Shown here: positions 12,309-24,773 of the stretch, in pieces
Layout: each line of letters opens with the position of its first letter
Numbering within the stretch: the stretch's first letter is position 1
Origin: Octopus sinensis
Lineage: Eukaryota
DNA: 64,000 nucleotides
Direction of reading: 5' to 3'
Assembly (NCBI RefSeq): GCF_006345805.1
Contig: NC_042997.1
Span: 136,896,001 to 136,960,000 of the forward strand
Made by a program: the position numbers and the translations under genes
The notes under the pieces: model-generated
What the model was told of the DNA's origin: nothing
The model's input: the letters and a program-made list of their open reading frames with translations, nothing else
Database searches by the model: none

Positions 12309-15300
12309 GTGTGACTTCCAATTTGAGAAAAGTTTGTTTGTAGTTTCTATCACTTTGTGTTTCATCTGTGTATTGTAAGTATGAAAAACGCTGCATGTTG
12401 TAAGAGGGTCAAGAATTTGAGTGATCTCTGAATTAGTGGTACGTTTGTTTGCTTTTTATGATGCTTTATTTTAACACATATATTTTAGTATCAATTTATG
12501 ATCGAAAAAACTATTATAATTTACTGTTGCGTGCTAGTGTTTACTCATCTCATTACTATTTGATTGCCAGTTAACTATATTATTACTTTACAAAATTGTG
12601 TTCCTTTTCAGCATAGTGAAATTATTATTGAGTTGTTTGTTGGTAATATGTTCAGCACAGTTTTGCTTGTGTGTTTCTGTTGTTGTTTTTCTGTTTGCTT
12701 TCCTTGCAGTGAAAACAGCTTAAGCTAGCAAAGTACAGTAAGTAAGCAGTTTAGTTCTTTGATATAAAATGACCTGTATTGTTGTTTGCAACATGCTTTC
12801 GATATTTGACACACAATCTGTAGGTAAAAAAAACAGAAAGTTGAACTTGAAGAGACAAGAAATAAAAGTCTGGTTGGTACGACCACATTTTTGCCTATTC
12901 ATTTGTTATATACATAGTAAGAATGTTTGTCTTTATTTTCTTAACACATATATTTCAGTATCAATTTATGATTGTCAAAAGTATTGTACTTTACTGTTGC
13001 GTACTAGTGATTGATTGTCAAAAGTATTGTACTTTACTGTTGCGTACTAGTGTTTACTCATCTCATTACTATCTGATTGCTAGTTAACTATATTATTACT
13101 TTATAAAATTGCATTCCCTTTCACCATAGTGAAATTATTATTGAGTTGTTTGTTGGTTATTTGTTGAGCACAGTTTTGTTTGTGTGTTTCTCTTGTTGTT
13201 TTTTTTATTTGGTTTCCTTGCAGTGCAAAAAGCTTAAGCTAGCAAAGCACAGTAAGTAAGCAGTTTAGTTCTTTGATATAAAATGACCTGTATTGTTGTT
13301 TGCAACATGCTTTCAATATTTGACACGGAATCTGTAGGTCAAAGAAACAGATAGTTGGACTTGAAGTGACAGAAGCAATGTCATTCTGGCTGGTACAACC
13401 GCATTTTTGCCTATTTATTATTGAGTTGTGTGTTGGTAATATGTTGAGCACAGTTTTGCTTGTGTGTTTCTCTTGTTTTTTTTTTATTTGGTTTCCTTGC
13501 AGTGAAAAAAGCTTAAGCTAGTAAAGTACAGTAAGTAAGCAGTTCTTTACTATAAAACGACCTGTATTGTTGCTTGCAACATGCTTTCTATCTTTGAGAC
13601 AAAATCTGTAGGTTAAAGACAAAGATAGTTTGATTTGAAGAGACAGAAGCTATGAAATTCTGGTTGGTACGACTGCATTTTTGCCTATTCATTTGTTTTG
13701 AACATGGTGAGAATGTTCGTCTTTATTTTCATAACACATTTTGCTTTATTTTCTTAACACATTAAAAAGTATTATAATTTACTGTTGAGTACTTGTGTTT
13801 ACTCATCTCATTACTATTTGATTGCTACATGCTTTCTATATTTGACACAGAATCTGTAGGTCAAAGAAATAGATAGTTGGACTTGAAAAGACAGAAGCAA
13901 TGAAATTCTGGCTGGTACAACAGCATTTTTGCCTATTTATTATTGAGTGGTTTGTTGGTTATTTATTGAGCACAGTTTTGCCTGTGTCTTTTTGTTGTTT
14001 TTCTGTTTGCTTTCCTTGCAGTGAAAAAAAGCTTAAGCTAGCAAAGAACAGTAAGTAAGCAGTTTAGTTCTTTGATATAAAATGACCTGTATTGTTGTTT
14101 GCAACATGCTTTCGATACTTGACACACAATCTGTAGGTAAAAGAAACAGAAAGTTGGACTTGAAGAGTCACAAGAAATGACATTCTGGTTGGTACGACCG
14201 CATTTTTGCCTATTCATTTGTTATATATGTAGTAAGAATGTTCGTCTTTGTTTTCTTAACACCTTTTGCTTTATTTTCTTAACACGTATATTTTAGTATC
14301 AATTTATGATTGTAAAGATATTGTACTTTACTGTTGCGTACCAGTGTTTACTAATCTCATTACTATTTGATTGCTATTTAACTATATTACTACTTTATAT
14401 AACTCTGTTCCCTTTCAGCATTGTGAAATTATTATTGAGTTGTTTGTTCCTTATTTGTTGAGCACAGTTTTGTTTGTGTGTTTCTGTTGTTGTTTTTCAA
14501 TTTGGTTTCCTTGCAGTGAAAAAAAAGCTTAAGCTAGCAAAGTACTGTAAGTAAGCAGTTTCGTTCTTTGATATAAAATGACCTGTATTGTTGTTTGCAA
14601 CATGCTTTCTATATTTGACACACCATCTGTAGGTAAAAGAAACAGATAGTTGGACTTGAAAGGACAGAAGCAATAAAATTCTGGCTTGTACAACCGCATT
14701 TTTGCCTATTCATTTGCTATATACATAGTAAGAATGTTTGTCTTAATTTTCTTAAAACCTTTGGCTTTATTTTCTTAACACATATATTTTAGTATCAATT
14801 TATGATCGTAAAATGTATTGTAAATGACTGTTGCGTGCTAGTGTTTATTCAACTCATTACTATTTGATTGCTATTTAACTATATTACTACTTTATATAAC
14901 TCTGTTCCCTTTCAGCATTGTGAAATTATTATTGAGTTGTTTGTTCCTTATTTGTTGAGCACAGTTTTGTTTGTGTGTTTCTGTTGTTGTTTTTCAATTT
15001 GGTTTCCTTGCAGTGAAAAAAAAGCTTAAGCTAGCAAAGTACTGTAAGTAAGCAGTTTCGTTCTTTGATATAAAATGACCTGTATTGTTGTTTGCAACAT
15101 GCTTTCTATATTTGACACACATCTGTAGGTAAAAGAAACAGATAGTTGGACTTGAAAGGACAGAAGCAATAAAATTCTGGCTTGTACAACCGCATTTTTG
15201 CCTATTCATTTGCTATATACATAGTAAGAATGTTTGTCTTAATTTTCTTAAAACCTTTGGCTTTATTTTCTTAACACATATATTTTAGTATCAATTTATG

Positions 15301-18300
15301 ATTGTAAAGATATTGTACTTTACTGTTGCGTACCAGTGTTTACTAATCTCATTACTATTTGATTGCTAGTGAACTATGTTATTACCTTATAAAATTGTGT
15401 TCCCTTTCACCATTGTGAAATTATTATTGAGTTGTTTGTTGGTTATTTATTGAGCACAGTTTTACCTGTGTCTTTTTGTTGTTGTTTTTCTGTTTGCTTT
15501 CCTTGCAGTGAAAAAAAGCTGAAGCTAGCAAAGTACTGTAAGTAAGCAGTTTAGTTCTTTGATATAAAATGACCTGTATTGTTGTTTGGAACATGCTTTC
15601 GATATTTGACATACAATCTGTAGGTAAATGAAACAGAAAGTTGGACTTGAAGAGATAGAAGAAATGAAATTTTGGTTGGTACGACCCCATTTTTGCCTAT
15701 TCATTTGTTATATACATAGTAAGAATGTTCATTTTTATTTTCTTAACACCTTTTGCTTTATTTTGTTAACACATATATTTTAGTATCAATTTGTGATTGT
15801 AAAGATATTGTACTTTACTGTTGCGTGGTAGTGTTTACTCATCTCTTTACTATTTGATTGCTAGTTAGCTATATTATTACTTTATAAAAATGTGTTTTCT
15901 TTCAGCATTGTGAAATTATTATTGAGTTGTTTGTTGGTTATTTATTGAGCACAGTTTTGCCTGTGTCTTTTTGTTGTTTTTCTGTTTGCTTTCCTTGCAG
16001 TGAAAAAAAGCTTAATCTAGCAAAGTATAGTAAGTAAACAGTTTAGTTCTTTGATATAAAATGACCTGTATTGTTGTTTGCAACATGCTTTCTATATTTG
16101 ACACACCATCTGTAGGTACAAGAAACAGATAGTTGGACTTGAAAGGACAGAAGCAATAAAATTCTGCCTTGTACAACCGCATTTTTGCCTATTCATTTGC
16201 TATATACATAGTAAGAATGTTCGTCTTTATTTTCTTAACACATATATTTCAGTATCAATTTATGATTGTAAAAATTATTGTACTTTACTGTTGCGTACTA
16301 GTGTTTACTCATATCATTACTATTTCATTGCTAGTTGACTATATTATTACTTTATAAAATTGTGTTCCCTTTCAGCATTGTGGAATTATTATTGAGTTGT
16401 TTGTTGGTAATATTTTGAGCACAGTTTTGCTTCTGTGATTCTGTTGTTGTTTTTCTGTTTGCTTCCCTTGCAGTGAAAAAAAGCGTAAGCTAGCAAAGTA
16501 CAGTAAGTAAGCAGTTTACTTCTTTGATATTAAATGAACTGTATTGTTGTTTGCAACATGTTTTCGATATTTGACACCCAATCTGTAGGTAGAAAAAACA
16601 GAAAGTTGGACTTGAAGAGACAGAAGTGAAATTCTGGTTGGTACGACCGCATTTTTGCCTATTCATTTGCTATATACATAGTAAGAATGTTCGTCTTTGT
16701 TTTCTTAACACCTTTTGCTTTATTTTCTTAACACATATATTTCAGTGTCAATTTATGATTGTAAAAATTATTGTACTTTACTGTTGCGTACTAGTGTTTA
16801 CTCATATCATTACTATTTGATTGCTAGTTGACTATATTATTACTTTATAAAATTGTGTTCCCTTTCAGCATTGTGAAATTATTATTGAGTTGTTTGTTGG
16901 TTATTTATTGAGCACAGTTTTGCCTGTGTCTTTTTGTTGTTTTTCTGTTTGCTTTCCTTGCAGTGAAAAAAAGCTTAATCTAGCAAAGTATAGTAAGTAA
17001 ACAGTTTAGTTCTTTGATATAAAATGACCTGTATTGTTGTTTGGAACATGCTTTCGATATTTGACATACAATCTGTAGGTAAATGAAACAGAAAGTTGGA
17101 CTTGAAGAGATAGAAGAAATGAAATTTTGGTTGGTACGACCCCATTTTGGCTATTCATTTGTTATATACATAGTAAGAATGTTCATTTTTATTTTCTTAA
17201 CACCTTTTGCTTTATTTTGTTAACACATATATTTTAGTATCAATTTGTGATTGTAAAGATATTGTACTTTACTGTTGCGTGGTAGTGTTTACTCATCTCA
17301 TTACTATTTGATTGCTAGTTAGCTATATTATTACTTTATAAAATGTGTTTTCTTTCAGCATTGTGAATTATTATTGAGTTGTTTGTTGGTTATTTATTGA
17401 GCACAGTTTTGCCTGTGTCTTTTTGTTGTTTTTCTGTTTGCTTTCCTTGCAGTGAAAAAAAGCTTAATCTAGCAAAGTATAGTAAGTAAACAGTTTAGTT
17501 CTTTGATATAAAATGACCTGTATTGTTGTTTGCAACATGCTTTCTATATTTGACACACCATCTGTAGGTACAAGAAACAGATAGTTGGACTTGAAAGGAC
17601 AGAAGCAATAAAATTCTGCCTTGTACAACCGCATTTTTGCCTATTCATTTGCTATATACATAGTAAGAATGTTCGTCTTTATTTTCTTAACACATATATT
17701 TCAGTATCAATTTATGATTGTAAAAATTATTGTACTTTACTGTTGCGTACTAGTGTTTACTCATATCATTACTATTTCATTGCTAGTTGACTATATTATT
17801 ACTTTATAAAATTGTGTTCCCTTTCAGCATTGTGGAATTATTATTGAGTTGTTTGTTGGTAATATTTTGAGCACAGTTTTGCTTCTGTGATTCTGTTGTT
17901 GTTTTTCTGTTTGCTTCCCTTGCAGTGAAAAAAAGCGTAAGCTAGCAAAGTACAGTAAGTAAGCAGTTTACTTCTTTGATATTAAATGAACTGTATTGTT
18001 GTTTGCAACATGTTTTCGATATTTGACACCCAATCTGTAGGTAGAAAAAACAGAAAGTTGGACTTGAAGAGACAGAAGTGAAATTCTGGTTGGTACGACC
18101 GCATTTTTGCCTATTCATTTGCTATATACATAGTAATAATGTTCGTCTTTGTTTTCTTAACACCTTTTGCTTTATTTTCTTAACACATATATTTTAGTAT
18201 CAATTTATGATTGTAAAAGTATTGTACTTTACTGTTGCGTACTAGTGTTTATTCATCTCTTTACTATTTCATTGCTAGTTAACTATATTATTACTTTATA

Positions 18301-21300
18301 AAATTGTGTTCCCTTTCAGCATTGTGAAATTATTATTGAGTTGTTTGTTGGTTATTTGTTGAGCACAGTTTTGTTTGTGTGTTTCTCTTGTTGTTTTTTT
18401 TATTTGGTTTCCTTGCAGTGCAAAAAGCTTAAGCTAGAAAGTACAGTAAGTAAGCAGTTTAGTTCTTTGATATAAAATGTCCTGTATTGTGTGCAACATG
18501 CTTTCTATATTTGACACAGAATCTGTAGGTCAAAGAAACTGATAGTTGGACTTGAAAAGACAGAAGGAATGAAATTCTGGCTGGTACAACAGCATTTTTG
18601 CCTATTTATTATTGAGTTGTTTGTTGATTATTTATTGAGCACAGTTTTGCCTGTGTCTTTTTGTTGTTTTTCTGTTTGCTTTCCTTGCAGTGAAAAAAAG
18701 CTGAAGCTACCAAAGTACAGTAAGTAAGCAGTTTAGTTCTTTGATATAAAATGACCTGTATTGTTGTTTGCTACATGCTTTCGATATTTGACACACAATC
18801 TGTAGGTAAAAGAAACAGAAAGTTGGACTTGAAGAGACAGAAGAAATGAAATTCTGGTTGGTACGACCGCATTTTTGCCTATTCATTTGTTATATACATA
18901 GTAAGAATGTTCGTCTTTGTTTTCTTAACACCTTTTGCTTTATTTTCTTAAAACATATATTTCAGTATCAATTTATGATTGTAAAAATTATTGTACTTTA
19001 CTGTTGCGTACTAGTCTTTACTCATATCATTACTATTTGATTGCTAGTTGACTATATTATTACTTTATAAAATTGTGTTCCCTTTCAGCATTGTGAAATT
19101 ATTATTGAGTTGTTTGTTGGTTATTTATTGAGCACAGTTTTGCCTGTGTCTTGTTGTTGTTGTTTTTTCTGTTTCCTTTCCTTGCAGTCAAAAAAAGCTT
19201 AAGCTAGCAAAGTATAGTAAGTAAGCAGTTTAGTTCTTTGATATAAAATGACCTGTTTTGTTGTTTGCAACATGCTTTCTATATTTGACACACCATCTGT
19301 AGGTAAAAGAAACAGATAGTTGGACTTGAAAGAAAGGACAGAAGCAACAAAATTGTGGCTTGTACAACTGCATTTTTGCCTATTCATTTGCTATATACAT
19401 AGTAAGAATGTTCGTCTTTATTTTCTTAAAACCTTTTGCTTTATTTTCTTAACACATATAGTTTAGTATCAATTTATGATCGTAAAATGTATTGTAAATG
19501 ACTGCTGCTTGCTAGTGTTTATTCATCTCTTTACTATTTGATTGCTAGTTAACTATATTACTACTTTATAAAATTGTGTTCCCTTTCAGCATTGTGAAAT
19601 TATTATTGAGTTGTTTGTTGATTATTTGTTGAGCACAGTTTTGTATATATGTTTCTCTTGTTTTTTTTATTTGGTTTCCTTGTAGTGCAAAAAGCTTAAG
19701 CTGGCAAAGTACAGTAAGTAAGCAGTTTAGTTCTTTGATATAAAATGACCTGTATTGTTGTTTGCAACATGCTTCCGATATTTGACACACAATCTCTAGG
19801 TAAAAGAAACAGAAAGTTGGACTTGAAGAGACAGAAGAAATGAAATTCTTGTTGGTACGACCGCATTTTTGCCTATTCATTTGTTATATACATAGGAAGA
19901 ATGTTCGTCTTTGTTTTCTTAACACCTTTTGCTTTATTTTCTTAACACATATATTTTAGTATCAATTTATGATTGTAAAGATATTGTACTTTACTGTTGT
20001 GTACTAGTGTTTACTAATCTCATTACTATTTGATTGCTATTTAACTATATTATTACTTTATATAACTCTGTTCCTTTTCAGCATTGTGAAATTATTATTG
20101 AGTTGTTTGTTCCTTATTTGTTCAGCACAGTTTTGCTTCTGTGTTTCTGTTGTTGTTTTTCTGTTTGCCTTCCTTGCAGTGAAAAAAAGCTTAAGCTAGC
20201 AAAGTACAGTAAGTAAGCAGTTTAGTTATTTGATATAAAATGTCCTGTATTGTTTGCAACATGCTTTCTATATTTGACACAGAATCTGTAGGTCAAAGAA
20301 ACAGATAGTTGGACTTGAAAAGACAGAAGGAATGAAATTCTGGCTGCTACAACGGCATTTTTGCCTATTTATTATTGAGTTGTTTGTTGGTTATTTATTG
20401 AGCACAGTTTTACCTGTGTCTTTTTGTTGTTGTTTTTCTGTTTGCTTTCCTTGCAGTGAAAAAAAGCGTAAGCTAGCAAAGTACAGTAAGTAAGCAGTTT
20501 AGTTCTTTGATATAAAATGACCTGTTTGTTGTTTGCAACATGCTTTCGATATTTGACACACAATCTGTAGGTAAAAGAAACAGAAAGTTGGACTTGAAGA
20601 GACAGAAGAAATGACATTCTTGTTGGTACGACCCGCATTTTTGCCTATTCATTTGTTATATACATAGGAAGAATGTTTGTCTTTGTTTTCTTAACACCTG
20701 TGCTTTATTTTCTTAACACATATATTTTAGTATCAATTTGATGATTGTAAAGATATTGTACTTTACTGTGTGTACTAGTGTTTACTAATCTCATTACTAT
20801 TTGATTGCTAGTAATATATTATTATTACTTAAAACTCTGTTCCTTATCAGCATTGTGAAATTATTATTGAGTTGTTTCTTGGTTATTTATTGAGCACAGT
20901 TTGTGCCTGTGTCTTTTGTTGTTGTTTTTTGTTCCTTCCTTGCAGTCATAAAAAGCTTAAGCTAGCAAAGTACAGTAAGTAAACAGTTTAGTTCTTTGAT
21001 ATAAAATGACCTGTATTGTTGTTTGCAACGTGCTTTCTATATTTGACACACCATCTGTAGGTAAAAGAAACAGATAGTTGGACTTGAAAGAAAGGACAGA
21101 AGCAACAAAATTGTGGCTTGTACAACTGCATTTTTGCCTATTCATTTGCTATATACATAGTAAGAATGTTCGTCTTTATTTTCTTAAAACCTTTTGCTTT
21201 ATTTCTTAACACATATAGTTTAGTATCACTTTATGATCGTAAATGTATTGTAAATGACTGCTGCTTGCTAGTGTTTATCATCTTTTACTATTGATTGCTA

Positions 21301-24300
21301 GTTAACTATATTACTACTTATAAATTGTGTTCCCTTCAGCATTGTGAAATTATTATTGAGTTGTTTGTTGATTATTGTTGAGCACAGTTTTGTATATATG
21401 TTTCTCTTGTTGTTTTTTTTATTTGGTTCCTTGCAGTGCAAAAGCTTAAGCTGGCAAAGTACAGTAAGTAAGCAGTTTAGTTCTTTGATATAAAATGACC
21501 TGTATTGTTGTTTGCAACATGCTTCCGATATTTGACACACAATCTCTAGGTAAAAGAAACAGAAAGTTGGACTTGAAGAGACAGAAGAAATGAAATTCTT
21601 GTTGGTACAACCGCATTTTTGCCTATTCATTTGTTATATACATAGGAAGAATGTTCGTCTTTGTTTTCTTAACACCTTTTGCTTTATTTTCTTAACACAT
21701 ATATTTAGTATCAATTTATGATTGTAAAGATATGTACTTTATTGTGTACTAGTGTTTATAATCTCATTACTATTTGATTGCTATTTAACTATATTATTAC
21801 TTTATATAACTCTGTTCCTTTTCAGCATTGTGAAATTATTATTGAGTTGTTTGTTCCTTATTTGTTGAGCACACTTTTGCTTTTGTGTTTCTGTTGTTGT
21901 TTTTCTGTTTGCCTTCCTTGCAGTGAAAAAAAGCTTAAGCTAGCAAAGTACAGTAAGTAAGCAGTTTAGTTATTTGATATAAAATGTCCTGTATTGTTTG
22001 CAACATGCTTTCTATATTTGACACAGAATCTGTAGGTCAAAGAAACAGATAGTTGGACTTGAAAAGACAGAAGGAATGAAATTCTGGCTTGTGTAACCGC
22101 ATTTTTGCCGATTCATTTGCTATATACATAGTAAGAATGTTCGTCTTTATTTTCTTAAAACCTTTTGCTTTATTTTCTTAACACATATATTTTAGTATCA
22201 ATTTATGATCGTAAAATGTATTGTAAATGACTGTTGCGTGCTAGTGTTTATTCATCTCTTTACTATTTGATTGCTAGTGAACTATATTATTACTTTATAA
22301 AATTGTGTTCCCTTTCAGCATTGTGAAATTATTATTGAGTTGTTTGTTGGTAATATGTTGAGCACAGTTTTGCTTCTGTGTTTCTTTTGTTGTTTTTCTG
22401 TTTGCTTTCCTTGCAGTGAAAAAAAGCTTAAGCTAGCAAAGTACAGTAAGTAAGCATTTTAGTTCTTTGATATAAAATGACCTGTATTGTTGTTTGCAAC
22501 ATGCTTTCGATATTTGACACACAATCTGTAGGTAAAAGAAACAGAAAGTTGGACTTTAAGGCACAGCAGAATTGAAATTCTGGTTGGTACGACCGCATTT
22601 TTGCCTATTCATTTGTTATATTCATAGGAAGAATGTTTGTCTTTGTTTTCTTAACACCTTTTGCTTTATTTTCTTAACACATATATTTTAGTATCAATTT
22701 ATGATTGTAAAGATATTGTACTTTACTGTTGTGTACTAGTGTTTACTAATCTCATTACTATTTGATTGCTATTTAACTATATTGTTACTTTATAAAATTG
22801 TGTTCCCTTTCAGCATTGTGGAATTATTATTGAGTTGTTTGTTGGTTATTTGTTGAGCACAGTTTTGTATATATGTTTCTCTTGTTGTTTTTTTTATTTG
22901 GTTTCCTTGCAGTGCAAAAAGCTTAAGCTAGCAAAGTACAGTAAGTAAGCAGTTTAGTTATTTGATATAAAATGTCCTGTATTGTTTGCAACATGCTTTC
23001 TATATTTGACACAGAATCTGTAGGTCAAAGAACCAGATAGTTGGACTTGAAAAGACAGAAGGAATGAAATTCTGGCTGGTACAACGGCATTTTTGCCTAT
23101 TTATTATTGAGTTGTTTGTTGGTTATTTATTGAGCACAGTTTTGCCTGTGTCTTTTTGTTGTTTTTCTGTTTGCTTTCCTTGCAGTGAAAAAAAGCGTAA
23201 GCTAGCAAAGTACAGTAAGTAAGCAGTTTAGTTCTTTGATATAAAATGACCTGTTTTGTTGTTTGCAACATGCTTTCGATATTTGACACACAATCTGTAG
23301 GTAAAAGAAACAGAAAGTTGGTCTTGAAGAGACAGAAGAAATGACATTCTTGTTGGTACGACCGCATTTTTGCCTATTCATTTGTTATATACATAGGAAG
23401 AATGTTTGTCTTTGTTTTCTTAACACCTGTTGCTTTATTTTCTTAACACATATATTTTAGTATCAATTTATGATTGTAAAGATATTGTACTTTACTGTTG
23501 TGTACTAGTGTTACTAATCTCATTACTATTGATTGCTAGTTAACTATATATTACTTTATATAACTCTGTTCCTTTTCAGCATTGTGAAATTATTATTGAG
23601 TTGTTTGTTGGTTATTTATTGAGCACAGTTTTGCCTGTGTCTTTTTGTTGTTGTTTTTCTGTTTCCTTTCCTTGCAGTCATAAAAAGCTTAAGCTAGCAA
23701 AGTACAGTAAGTAAACAGTTTAGTTCTTTGATATAAAATGACCTGTATTGTTGTTTGCAACGTGCTTTCCATATTTGACACACCATCTGTAGGTAAAAGA
23801 AACAGATAGTTGGACTTGAAAGGACAGAAGCAACAAAATTCTGGCTTGTACAACCGCATTTTTGCCTATTCATTTGCTGTATACATAGTAAGAATGTTCG
23901 TCTTTATTTTCTTAAAACCTTTTGCTTTATTTTCTTAACACATATATTTTAGTATCAATTTATGATCGTAAAATGTATTGTAAATGACTGTTGCGTGCTA
24001 GTGTTTATTCATCTCTCTACTGTTTGCAACATGCTTTCTATATTTGACACAGAATCTGTAGGTCAAAGAAACAGATAGTTGGACTTGAAAAGACAGAAGG
24101 AATGAAATTCTGGCTGGTACAACGGTATTTTTGCCTATTTATTATTGAGTTGTTTGTTGGTTATTTATTGAGCACAGTTTTGCCTGTGTCTTTTTGTTGT
24201 TTTTCTGTTTGCTTTCCTTGCAGTGAAAAAAAGCTTAAGCTAGCAAAGTACAGTAAGTAAGCAGTTTAGTTCTTTGATATAAAATGACCTGTTTTGTTGT

Positions 24301-24642
24301 TTGCAACATGCTTTCGATATCTGACACACAATCTGTAGGTAAAAGAAACAGAAAGTTGGTCTTGAAGAGACAGAAGAAATGAAATTCTTCTTGGTACGAA
24401 CGCATTTTTGCCTATTCATTTGTTATATACAGAGTAAGAATGTTCGTCTTTATTTTCTTAACACCTTTTGCTTTATTTTCTTAACACCTTTTGCTTTATT
24501 TTCTTAACACATATTTTAGTATCAATTTAGGATTGTAAAAATTATTGTACTTTACTGTTGCGTACTAGTGTTTACTCATATCAATACTATTTGATTGCTA
24601 GTTGACTATATTATTACTTTATAAAATTGTGTTCCCTTTCAG

Positions 24643-24673
24643 CATTGTGAAATTATTATTGAGTTGTTTGTTG
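24643..24673 (+). other. Representative second microexon candidate (31 nt), followed by a 67 nt mini-intron, in full-length units
   Basis: Acceptor ttgtgttccctttCAG, donor TTG|GTAATA (GTTATT in many units, weaker); 24674-24740 ends at the main TTGCAG acceptor. Confidence 0.3.
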
Positions 24674-24740
24674 GTAATATGTTGAGCACAGTTTTGCTTC
24701 TGTGTTTCTGTTGTTGTTTTTCTGTTTGCTTTCCTTGCAG

Positions 24741-24773
24741 TGAAAAAAAGCTTAAGCTAGCAAAGTACAGTAA
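24741..24773 (+). other. Representative array microexon (24/29/33 nt depending on donor), present in essentially every unit
   Basis: ~45 nt AG-free T/G-rich tract ending ttgctttccttgCAG; exon TGAAAAAAAGCTTAAGCTAGCAAA|GTACA|GTAA|GTAAGC, with consensus GTAAGT at the middle donor. Confidence 0.55.

Larger units (their letters stand above)
11050..12480 (+). repeat. Diverged copy of the ~2.3 kb exon-like cassette preceding the array
   Basis: Colinear similarity by eye to 53.9-55.6 kb: microexon-like 11106-11137, segment 11219-11271, 75 nt segment 11532-11606, GTGATGACATGAAGAGG segments, 22 nt segment 12287-12308. Confidence 0.8.
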
